Source: Acidobacteriota bacterium
GTDB taxonomy: Bacteria > Acidobacteriota > Terriglobia > Terriglobales > SCQP01
Assembly: GCA_027451805.1 (NCBI GenBank)
Contig: DAIDIF010000216.1
Location: forward strand, 41,583-105,582
Direction of reading: 5' to 3'
Length of the DNA: 64,000 nt
The notes beneath the pieces were generated by a model, which was not told the origin of the DNA, ran no database searches, and was given only the letters and a program-made list of their open reading frames with translations. Position 1 is the first letter of the stretch. Each line of letters begins with the position of its first letter. The translations under genes and the position numbers were made by a program. This document shows, one piece after another, positions 55,895-63,629 of this stretch.

Positions 55895-57199
55895 ATGCAA
55901 AATTCCCCGCGTCGCACTTTCGTCCTCCCCCTCCTCGTGCTTGCCGTCGTCGTCGCGGGCATTGCCGGCGGCGTGAGCATCGCCCAACGCCGGGCCGCGA
56001 GGCCTGCGCCCGCCGTGCGCCCCGCGGCTGTCGCCAAGCCGGCGCCTGCCACACCGACCGGCCAGATCGTTCGCATCCCGCCCCACAGCACTTTTCTCGC
56101 CGCCCTCGCGCCCTTTCACCTCAACGCCGCCTTGGCGCGGCAGCTGGTCGCGGTCGCCCGCCCGGTCTACAACCTGGCGCGCGTTCAGGCCGGCCATCGC
56201 CTCGATCTGGTGCGCTCGCTCTCCGGGGCGCCCGAGGCGCTGAGCTACCAAGTTGACAGCGGCCACACCCTCTGGCTGCGCGCCCCCGCTGCCGGGGCCG
56301 TGGGTACGACCGCCTCCTGGACCGCCGCGATGGAGGCGATTCCCTTTGTCACTAAGCTCGTCGGCGTCGCCGGCACGGTCGAGTCGTCGCTGTTCCAGGC
56401 GGTCGAGCAGGCCGGCGAACACGACCAATTGGCGGTCGAGCTGGCCAACATCTTCGGCTGGGACCTGGACTTCTACACCGACACGCGGCCGGGCGACGTC
56501 TTCCGCGTGCTGGTGGAGAAGCGTTATCGCCGGGGCCGCTTCGCCGGCTATGGCCAGATTGTCGCTGCGGAGTACGTCAACGCCGGCCATCCCTATGAAG
56601 CCCTGCGCTTCCATGATCGCCACGGCTTTTTGACCTACTACGAACCCAACGGAAACCCCATGAAGCGCGAGTTTTTGCGCTCGCCGCTCAAGTTCGATGC
56701 CCGCGTCTCAAGCCAGTTTTCTTACCACCGCTGGCAGCCGATTCTGAAGTACTACCGCCCGCACCTGGGCACCGATTTTGCCGCTCCCACCGGCACGCCG
56801 GTGCAGGCGCTGGGCGCCGGAGTGGTGATCCAGGCCGGCTGGTACGGCGAAGACGGCAAGATGGTGCGGCTGCGCCACCCGAATGGATATGAGACCGTGT
56901 ACCTGCACTTGTCGCGCATCCTCGTGCATGTGGGCGAGCGCGTGGGGCAAGGACAGCGTATCGGCTTGGTGGGCATGACCGGGTTGGCGACCGGGCCCAA
57001 TCTCCACTTCGGCATCGAGCGCTATGGCAAGTACATGAATTTCGAAACCCTGCGCCAGTCGCTGCCGCCCGGCCGTCCCGTCGCCCCCGGACTTCGCGCC
57101 CAGTTCGCCGCAGTCCGCAGCCGCTACCTGCCCATGCTGGACCGCCTGCATCCGCAAGTCTCGGCGGTCGTTGCGGCCCCCGCCCCCGGCAATCGCTAA
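55895..57199 (+). CDS. M23 (LytM-type) peptidoglycan metallopeptidase family protein
   Basis: 434 aa. N-terminal TM/signal segment and a Csd3/OapA-like N-domain. M23 motifs HLGTDFAAPTGTPV (HxxxD), RLRHPNGYETVYLHLS, and GLATGPNLHFGI, where NLH replaces the usual HLH. Confidence 0.85.
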   Translation: MQNSPRRTFVLPLLVLAVVVAGIAGGVSIAQRRAARPAPAVRPAAVAKPAPATPTGQIVRIPPHSTFLAALAPFHLNAALARQLVAVARPVYNLARVQAGHRLDLVRSLSGAPEALSYQVDSGHTLWLRAPAAGAVGTTASWTAAMEAIPFVTKLVGVAGTVESSLFQAVEQAGEHDQLAVELANIFGWDLDFYTDTRPGDVFRVLVEKRYRRGRFAGYGQIVAAEYVNAGHPYEALRFHDRHGFLTYYEPNGNPMKREFLRSPLKFDARVSSQFSYHRWQPILKYYRPHLGTDFAAPTGTPVQALGAGVVIQAGWYGEDGKMVRLRHPNGYETVYLHLSRILVHVGERVGQGQRIGLVGMTGLATGPNLHFGIERYGKYMNFETLRQSLPPGRPVAPGLRAQFAAVRSRYLPMLDRLHPQVSAVVAAPAPGNR

Positions 57200-57209
57200 G
57201 ATTAGGTTC

Positions 57210-57800
57210 GTGCCTTCCGTTGCCCCCGCAGCCTCCGCTTGGCCTGAGTGGTGTTACCCCGCCAACTTGCTCACCGAGCTGCGCCTGCTGTCCATTCCCG
57301 TCATCCTTGCCGCCGTGGTCGAACGGCGCTTCGGCTGGGCGGTCGCCCTGTTCGTCGGCGCCGCGGTCACCGATGGGTTCGACGGCTGGCTTGCCCGCCG
57401 CTTCCATCAGCACTCGAGACTGGGCGCTTATCTTGACCCGATCGCCGACAAATCGCTGCTCACCGTGCTCTTCCTCGCCCTGGCTCTCGCCGGCGAGATT
57501 CCCTGGGCGCTGGCCATTCTCGTCTTCACCCGCGACGCCTGCATCCTGGTTTCCGCCCTGGTGCTTTTCGCCGCCACGCCATTCCGCGATTTCCGCCCCA
57601 CCTGGTGGGGCAAGGCGGAAACCACCGCCGAGCTCGCCACCATCGCCGTCGCTCTGCTCAACGCCTGGATCCCCAACCCGATCACGTTCGGCATCGAGGA
57701 ATTCGGCTGGGCCTCCGTCTCCACGCTGGTCATCATTTCCGGCATCCACTACGCCTTTACCTCGGCCCGCAGGTTCCATGCACAACGGGGGCGCGCCTAG
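57210..57800 (+). CDS. pgsA: CDP-diacylglycerol--glycerol-3-phosphate 3-phosphatidyltransferase (CDP-alcohol phosphatidyltransferase family)
   Basis: ORF-track 57171..57800 would overlap the M23 gene, so it was trimmed to the in-frame GTG at 57210. Signature DGFDGWLARRFHQHSRLGAYLDPIADK. The start is uncertain. Confidence 0.8.
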   Translation: MPSVAPAASAWPEWCYPANLLTELRLLSIPVILAAVVERRFGWAVALFVGAAVTDGFDGWLARRFHQHSRLGAYLDPIADKSLLTVLFLALALAGEIPWALAILVFTRDACILVSALVLFAATPFRDFRPTWWGKAETTAELATIAVALLNAWIPNPITFGIEEFGWASVSTLVIISGIHYAFTSARRFHAQRGRA

Positions 57801-57866
57801 GGCAAATCCGGCGGTCGCTCGCAACAGTCCGAGGTCCGCCGGCATCCGACCCTGAAGGCGTCGCGA

Positions 57867-58127
57867 ATGCCCCTGCAAGCCCCCCCAGCGCCCATCCCGC
57901 TGCCGCGCGTCGAGTCGCCGCTGGCTGCGGCAGCCCGCACCGCCGGCGGCTCTGCGGGCCGTTGGTTGCGGCGCGCCGGGGTGCAAAGCCGCCGCTTCGC
58001 CGAGCTACTGCGCGCCGCCCGAACCCCGGATGGCCGCCGGCAGAACCTGGCCCCGCTGCTCACGCTGGCCGCCTCGGGGGCGTTCGTGCTCGGCCTGGCG
58101 CTCGCCTGGCGTCGGGGCCGGAGCTGA
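57867..58127 (+). CDS. hypothetical small protein with C-terminal TM anchor
   Basis: 86 aa, high GC3, GAAGG 9 nt upstream of the ATG. Basic N-terminal part, then NLAPLLTLAASGAFVLGLALAW followed by RRGRS. Confidence 0.4.
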   Translation: MPLQAPPAPIPLPRVESPLAAAARTAGGSAGRWLRRAGVQSRRFAELLRAARTPDGRRQNLAPLLTLAASGAFVLGLALAWRRGRS

Positions 58128-58130
58128 GCC

Positions 58131-58376
58131 ATGGCCTCGCCCAGCCTTCCCGAGCTCGACCGGCGCTTGCGCCAGGAGCGCAGCGCCTTCACCGAGCGCG
58201 CCGCAGCCCTCCGCGCCCGCTTACGCCGCGATTTGCGCCAAATGACCCCGCGGCAGCAACTGCGCCGCCACCCCGAAGCCGCGCTTGCCGCCGCCGCGCT
58301 CGCCGGGTTGCTCGCCGGCCGCCTCGCCGGCGGCTTGCTGCGAGCTCTGCTGCTCACTCCCGGCTCAGGCCACTAG
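58131..58376 (+). CDS. hypothetical small protein with C-terminal TM anchor (YqjD/ElaB-like topology)
   Basis: 81 aa, starting 3 nt after the previous stop, GGAG upstream. Coiled-coil-like basic N-terminus (LDRRLRQERSAFTERAAALRARLRRDL), then HPEAALAAAALAGLLAGRLAGGLL. Confidence 0.45.
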   Translation: MASPSLPELDRRLRQERSAFTERAAALRARLRRDLRQMTPRQQLRRHPEAALAAAALAGLLAGRLAGGLLRALLLTPGSGH

Positions 58377-58389
58377 CTACAATCGCTGC

Positions 58390-58875
58390 GTGGCTCCGAT
58401 CCTGCGACCGCTCACGCTGGCCGACCTGCCCGCCCTTTACGCCCTCGATCAGCGCTGCTTTCCGCCCGGGATCGCGTATTCGCAGCGCGAAATCCGCGAC
58501 GCCGTGCGCCTCGCCCCGTTCGGCTTCCACCTCGCCTGCCTTGAGGGCGCTACGCTCGCGGCATTCATCCTGACCCTCCGCCGCGCCGACCGGGGCCACG
58601 TCATCACCCTCGACGTGGCTCCCGAGTTTCGCCGCCGCGGCATCGGACAGGCCCTTTTGCTCGCCGCGGAATCGCACTACCGCGAAGCCGGCGCGGGCGG
58701 CATGCGCCTGGAAGCCGCCGTGGACAACCAAGCCGCCCTCGCCTTTTACGCCCGCCTCGGCTATCGCGTGGTTCGCACCCTGCCGCGCTACTACTCCGCG
58801 CGGCTCGACGGCCTCCTGCTGCACAAGGATTTTGCTCCGGCGGCCATCGCGCCGGGACCGGCGGCTACTTCGTAG
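58390..58875 (+). CDS. GNAT family N-acetyltransferase (RimI-like)
   Basis: ORF-track 58285..58875 trimmed to the first start after the upstream stop (GTG 58390). Contains ITLDVAPEFRRRGIGQALLLAAE and NQAALAFYARLGY, the acetyl-CoA binding motifs. Confidence 0.75.
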   Translation: MAPILRPLTLADLPALYALDQRCFPPGIAYSQREIRDAVRLAPFGFHLACLEGATLAAFILTLRRADRGHVITLDVAPEFRRRGIGQALLLAAESHYREAGAGGMRLEAAVDNQAALAFYARLGYRVVRTLPRYYSARLDGLLLHKDFAPAAIAPGPAATS

Positions 58876-60064
58876 CGTTGTGGCTTTGCGCCAGCGCCAA
58901 CGCCTTCTGCAGCTGCAGGTCGGGCAGCGGTCCGCTCACGCCCTCGGGCGGATAGTCCATATCCGGCAGCGCTCCCGCGTACCGCACCTGCGCCACATCG
59001 GGCGTAACCCCGTCCTGAATCGCGTGGCCCTTTGGCGAATAGTAGCGCGCCACGGTCAGCCAAAGCGCCGAGCCGTCGCCCACCGGAATCAGTTTCTGCG
59101 TCGAGCCTTCGCCGAACGTCGGGTCGCCAATCACCTGCGCCCGCCCGTTCTGCTGCAACGCCGCCGCCGCCAGTTCCGCCGGCCCGAAGGTGCCGAAGTT
59201 CACCAGCACTTCCAGCCGGCCTTGCGCGTCGATCGCCTGGGCCGCATCCGCCGTGGTCGTCACCCGCGGAACCGTCTGTCCTTCCAGATAGGTGATGGTT
59301 CCGTGATTGAGGAAGAGGTTGGCCGTCCGCTCTGCTTCCGTGTAGCTGCCGCCGCCGCAGTTGCGCAAATCCAGAATCAGCGCGCTCGCCCCCCCGCGCT
59401 GCAGCGTCTTCACCGCCGCCGCGATTTGGGCCGTCCGGCCGTGATCGAAATCCGGCACCGTGATCACGCCCACGCCGCCGTGGCGGGATACGGCCAAGGG
59501 CGCCATGCTGGGCGCCACCCGCGTGATCACCACCGGCACCGGATTGGAGTGGTGCATGTGCACCACATTCAGCGTGAGCGTCGAGCCGGGCGCGCCGCGT
59601 AGCGCCTGCGCGATCGCCGCCATGGACAAATCGTGGGTGCCGGCGTTGCCGATGGCCTCGACGAAATCACCCCGCACCAAGCCCGCCTTCGCCGCATCGC
59701 CGCCGGGGCGCACATCCACCACGTCGGCGTACCCGAACCGCTTCGAGATCACCGCCTGGATGTTTCCCGTCGGCGGATTCGCCTGCTCCGCCAGATAGCT
59801 TTGATACTGCTGCCGGTCGAGGTAGCTCGAATCCGAATCCAGCGACGACAGCAGACCGTGCAATGCCCCCTCGCTGACCTTGCTCAAGTTGGGGGTGGTG
59901 ACGTAGTCGTCGTTGATGTGCTCGTACACCTCGGCCAAAATTCCCAACTGGCGCGCGGGATCGTGATTGACCGGGGCTTGGCGGGGCCACGCCGCAGCGG
60001 CCATCAGCGATACGGCAAGCACCAGGGAAATGCCAAAGACAGCCAAGCTGGTTTTTCGCGACAT
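58865..60064 (-). CDS. S41 (C-terminal processing peptidase, Ctp-like) family homologue with PDZ domain; the catalytic dyad appears substituted
   Basis: 399 aa. Signal/TM segment, PDZ region (VVDVRPGGDAAKAGLVRGDFVEAI), and LILDLRNCGGGS. The usual VLVN.GSASASE and TFGKG positions read VLVNFGTFGPAE and TFGEG. Confidence 0.8.
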   Translation of the reverse strand: MSRKTSLAVFGISLVLAVSLMAAAAWPRQAPVNHDPARQLGILAEVYEHINDDYVTTPNLSKVSEGALHGLLSSLDSDSSYLDRQQYQSYLAEQANPPTGNIQAVISKRFGYADVVDVRPGGDAAKAGLVRGDFVEAIGNAGTHDLSMAAIAQALRGAPGSTLTLNVVHMHHSNPVPVVITRVAPSMAPLAVSRHGGVGVITVPDFDHGRTAQIAAAVKTLQRGGASALILDLRNCGGGSYTEAERTANLFLNHGTITYLEGQTVPRVTTTADAAQAIDAQGRLEVLVNFGTFGPAELAAAALQQNGRAQVIGDPTFGEGSTQKLIPVGDGSALWLTVARYYSPKGHAIQDGVTPDVAQVRYAGALPDMDYPPEGVSGPLPDLQLQKALALAQSHNATK

Positions 60065-60118
60065 GGCGGGACCGATTGCCTTCAGTATAGCGAATCCCCG
60101 TCCCGCGCCCGGCTTGGA

Positions 60119-60406
60119 TCAATGGCGCATGGAGTCGCGGTTATATTTCGCCCAATTGCTGTTCGCCTGCACCCGCTGCATCGGCGGCCCGCCCTTGGTG
60201 CCGCAGGCGCACGGGCCTTCGCGCTTGGCCTCGGTCATGCAGGGACAGGAACTCGTCCCGTCGCAACTGCAAACGTAGACGTACGCCTTGCTTTTCGCCG
60301 CCGCCGGATCCTTGGCGTTGCCATAGGACGGAAGCAACACCAACGCCAGCAACGCCAACCCCGCCGCGCTCACCTTGGCCCGGCGCTTTGCGCTTTTCCA
60401 CACCAT
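60119..60406 (-). CDS. small secreted cysteine-rich protein with three CxC motifs
   Basis: 95 aa. Strong SD (GGGAGG 7 nt upstream) and high GC3. Signal peptide MVWKSAKRRAKVSAAGLALLALVLLPSYGNA. The mature part contains VCSCDGTSSCPCMTEAKREGPCACG. Confidence 0.65.
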   Translation of the reverse strand: MVWKSAKRRAKVSAAGLALLALVLLPSYGNAKDPAAAKSKAYVYVCSCDGTSSCPCMTEAKREGPCACGTKGGPPMQRVQANSNWAKYNRDSMRH

Positions 60407-60557
60407 GACTGTCCTCCCGAGGCGGTTGGCTGCCGCCCTTGCACTTCCCGAGTGGCGACCAGTGAACCGCAGCCCCTGCCTTGTCAGCTATCGCTAAGCC
60501 TCTCCCCGAAAGCGGATGTCGTCAATAGCCACTTGACCAGGTTTTCGCCGAGCCATT

Positions 60558-62087
60558 ATGATCCGCAGCGTGAGGAAAGTTGCTTCCACCATCTCGCCGC
60601 TGGTGGCCATCGAAAAGGGAAGTGCGCATTCCCTACAAGCGCAGATCTACGCCGCCTTTCGCCACGCCATCATCGGCGGCGCCCTGGCCGCCAGCCAGCG
60701 CGTCCCCTCGACGCGGGTGCTGGCCGCCGAACTCGGCATCTCCCGCATGCCGGTCATGAATGCGTATGCCCAACTGCTGGCCGAAGGCTACCTGGAAAGC
60801 CGTGTCGGCTCCGGCACCATCGTGTCGCCGCAACTGGGCGGGGCGGCCGGCGGCGGCACACCGCCGGCCGCGCCCGCGCCCGGCCCCGACGGCTCGGAAG
60901 CGCCGCCGGCGCGGGATGCCGCCTCTCACCGCCGCGCCTCGCGGCGCTGCGCGGCGCTGCCCAGTGCCGAGAGCTTTTATCGCATGCGCAGCCAGGGGGC
61001 CTTCACCGTCAGCCAGATTGCCTTCGAGCACTTTCCTCTCGCCATCTGGAAACGGCTGATGACGCGCCAGCTACGCCGCCTGCACGCCGCCGTGCTCGAC
61101 TACGGCGACCCCATGGGCTTGCACGAGCTGCGGGTGGCCATTGCGGCTTATCTGCGCACCGCGCGCGGTGTCCGCTGCGACCCGGGGCAGGTCATGATCG
61201 TCAACGGTTCCCAGCAAGGCCTGGAAATCGCCGCCCGCGCGCTGCTCGATCCCGGCGACGACGTCTGGTTGGAGGATCCCGGCTATCGTTTCGCCCGCAG
61301 CGTTTTTGTCGGCAGCGGCTGCAACATCGTCCCGGTTGCGGTGGACGGCGAAGGTCTTGACGTCCGCGCCGGGGTCCGGGAATGCGCCGGCGCCCGCGCC
61401 GCCCTCGTGACTCCCTCGCATCAATACCCGCTCGGGGTCACCATGAGCGCCAGCCGTCGCCTCCAGCTGCTGGACTGGGCCGAGAGCCAGGGCGGTTGGA
61501 TCTTCGAAGATGATTTCGACAGCGAGTTCCGCTACGCGGGGGTGCCGATCACCTCGCTGCAAGGTCTTGACCGGCACGGCCGCGTGGTTTACATCGGCAC
61601 GTTCAGCAAGGTCCTGTTCCCGTCGCTCCGCCTCGGCTACCTGGTCGTCCCGCCGGATCTGGTCGAGCGCTTCCTCGCCGCCCGCTTCGCCCTCGATCTC
61701 GGTCCGGCCTCGCTGTCGCAGGCGGTGCTCGCCGATTTTGTCGCCGAGGGGCATTTCGCCCGCCACATCCGCCGTATGCGCCCGATCTACGCCGAGCGCC
61801 GCGGTGCGCTGATCGCAAGTCTGCGCCGCCACTTGGGAGCGGGGGTGGAGATCGTCGGCGACCAAGCCGGCATCCACCTTGCGGTGGTGCTGCCGGGCTG
61901 TCCGGATCGCGAGATCTATGTCCGCGGGGCGCGCGAGCAGCTGTGCCTGGTACCGCTGTCGGTCTTCTATCTTGGCAGCGGCGTGCGCCAGGGCTTCGTG
62001 CTGGGGTTCGGCAGCACCGCGCCGGCGCAAATTGCCGCCGGGGTGCGGCGGCTCGCCGAACTGCTGCGCACGCCGGCCGGCGGCTGA
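60558..62087 (+). CDS. MocR-type transcriptional regulator (GntR wHTH fused to a fold-type I aminotransferase domain)
   Basis: 509 aa. wHTH region (RVPSTRVLAAELGISRMPVMNAYAQLLAEGYLESRVGSGT), an Ala/Pro/Gly linker, and an aminotransferase-like domain with PLP-lysine context YIGTFSKVLFPSLRLGY. Confidence 0.85.
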   Translation: MIRSVRKVASTISPLVAIEKGSAHSLQAQIYAAFRHAIIGGALAASQRVPSTRVLAAELGISRMPVMNAYAQLLAEGYLESRVGSGTIVSPQLGGAAGGGTPPAAPAPGPDGSEAPPARDAASHRRASRRCAALPSAESFYRMRSQGAFTVSQIAFEHFPLAIWKRLMTRQLRRLHAAVLDYGDPMGLHELRVAIAAYLRTARGVRCDPGQVMIVNGSQQGLEIAARALLDPGDDVWLEDPGYRFARSVFVGSGCNIVPVAVDGEGLDVRAGVRECAGARAALVTPSHQYPLGVTMSASRRLQLLDWAESQGGWIFEDDFDSEFRYAGVPITSLQGLDRHGRVVYIGTFSKVLFPSLRLGYLVVPPDLVERFLAARFALDLGPASLSQAVLADFVAEGHFARHIRRMRPIYAERRGALIASLRRHLGAGVEIVGDQAGIHLAVVLPGCPDREIYVRGAREQLCLVPLSVFYLGSGVRQGFVLGFGSTAPAQIAAGVRRLAELLRTPAGG

Positions 62088-62105
62088 ATCCCTCCGGCGC
62101 CGTCC

Positions 62106-62813
62106 TTACACTTCCACCAGCCGGAAGGCCAGTGGCGGCGCCTGCGCCAGCAGCAGCGGCAGCGCCACGTTGTACACCGGTATCCCGCCGCGGGTACGGC
62201 CCTCGAGCGCGCCGTGGTGCGCGTGCCCGTGAAAGATCGCCGCCGCTCCGAAGCGGTCGCACACGTCGCTCAGCCGCGAGCTGCCCAGAAACGGGAACAG
62301 CTCCCGCGCCTCGCCCACCGCCGTGGCTTCGATGGGGGCGTAGTGCAGCAGCACCACGCGCCGCTCGTTGCGCAACTGCGACAGCGCCCGCTCCAGCCGC
62401 AGGCTCTCCTCCATCGAGGTGTGCACGAAGCTCTTGATCGCCGGCTCGCCAAACGCTGTCAGCTCGCCCCGGCCAAAACCGCCGCAAAACCCCTTCACCC
62501 CGGCAAAGCCCACCCCCTCGCGTTCGTACGGCTCTCCGTCCAGCGCCTTGATCCCCACCTCGCGCAGCATCCGCAGCAGTTCCGGCACGGCTCCCGACTC
62601 GTAATCATGGTTGCCCAGCACGCTGATGATCGGCAGCCGCAGCCGCAGGAGCTGGCTGATCAGCACCTCCATCTCCTCCGGCCGCCCATAGTTGGTGAGG
62701 TCACCGGCCAGCACCAGCACGTCCGCCGCCGCGGGCACGGCGTTGAGCCGCTCCCGGATGCGCTCCCGGTCGTTCACGCCGCAGTGCAGGTCCGCCGCCG
62801 CCGCGATCCGCAT
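62106..62813 (-). CDS. calcineurin-like metallophosphoesterase
   Basis: 235 aa. Contains AAAADLHCG (DxH), LAGDLTNYG (GD), LGNHDYE (GNHD/E) and FHGHAHHG. Confidence 0.8.
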   Translation of the reverse strand: MRIAAAADLHCGVNDRERIRERLNAVPAAADVLVLAGDLTNYGRPEEMEVLISQLLRLRLPIISVLGNHDYESGAVPELLRMLREVGIKALDGEPYEREGVGFAGVKGFCGGFGRGELTAFGEPAIKSFVHTSMEESLRLERALSQLRNERRVVLLHYAPIEATAVGEARELFPFLGSSRLSDVCDRFGAAAIFHGHAHHGALEGRTRGGIPVYNVALPLLLAQAPPLAFRLVEV

Positions 62814-62816
62814 CGC

Positions 62817-63617
62817 TCAGGCCGCCCGCTCCCGCAGCCGGCGCCGCCGGGAGCTCTCCTCCAGATTCTCCAGCCCCCAGGTGACGATGTCGGGCGCGAA
62901 CATCGGCGGATCAATCAGGCTTCCACGAAACGGTCCCGCCGGCAGATCGCTCAAGTCCTCCTCCAGGCGCTGACGCAGGTCGCGCCAGAGCCAGCCCGGC
63001 ACCGCCTCCCGGTCCGCCGGGTAGACGTAGCGGAATAGGAGCAGATGCCACAGTAGCATCGCCCAGTGCTCGCCCACCGCCGTCCGCAGCCGCGTCCAAT
63101 CCATGCCCGCCCCACAGCGGTGGATCAAGTGGCAGACGTCGCTGCCGTCGAAACGCTCCCGCCGGGTGACGAAAATTTTGCTCAAAATCATCTCTTCCGG
63201 CGCGAGCAGCGGCAGCCGCTGCCCCAGCACCTCGCCCGTCCGCGCCAGCGCCATCCATGCCGGCGTTACCCAGAACACCCCATTCGACATGCCCGAGATC
63301 AGGTCCACGAAGTAATCGCCCGCCCATGCCTTCGCCAGCCACACCGGGTCGGTGATCTCAGTTGCCAGCCCGGCGCTGCGGCAAAGCTCCAGCGCCCGCT
63401 CCACCGCCGCCGCCGGCAAAAACAGATCCAGGTCCTTGGTGAACCTCCAGATGCCGGTGTAGTGCTGAAACGCGAAGGCGCCGGCGACCGCGAAGCTGAC
63501 GCCGCCGCCCTGGAGCGCATCCAGCACCCGCTGAAATAGCTGGCGTTGTTCGGCCACCAGGAGGGGCTTGGCGGTGCGCGCCGAGCCGGGCGTAGGCACG
63601 GGCGGCAGAGTGGACAT
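62817..63617 (-). CDS. putative nucleotidyltransferase-fold protein (NTP_transf_5 / MNT-like)
   Basis: ORF-track 62817..63968 trimmed to ATG 63617; the upstream 117 codons are Gly/Ala/Glu-rich. VSFAVAGAFAFQHYTGIWRFTKDLDLFL fits the pol-beta-type G[GA]x..R.T.DxD motif. The assignment is tentative. Confidence 0.55.
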   Translation of the reverse strand: MSTLPPVPTPGSARTAKPLLVAEQRQLFQRVLDALQGGGVSFAVAGAFAFQHYTGIWRFTKDLDLFLPAAAVERALELCRSAGLATEITDPVWLAKAWAGDYFVDLISGMSNGVFWVTPAWMALARTGEVLGQRLPLLAPEEMILSKIFVTRRERFDGSDVCHLIHRCGAGMDWTRLRTAVGEHWAMLLWHLLLFRYVYPADREAVPGWLWRDLRQRLEEDLSDLPAGPFRGSLIDPPMFAPDIVTWGLENLEESSRRRRLRERAA

Positions 63618-63629
63618 ATCCTCAAACAG

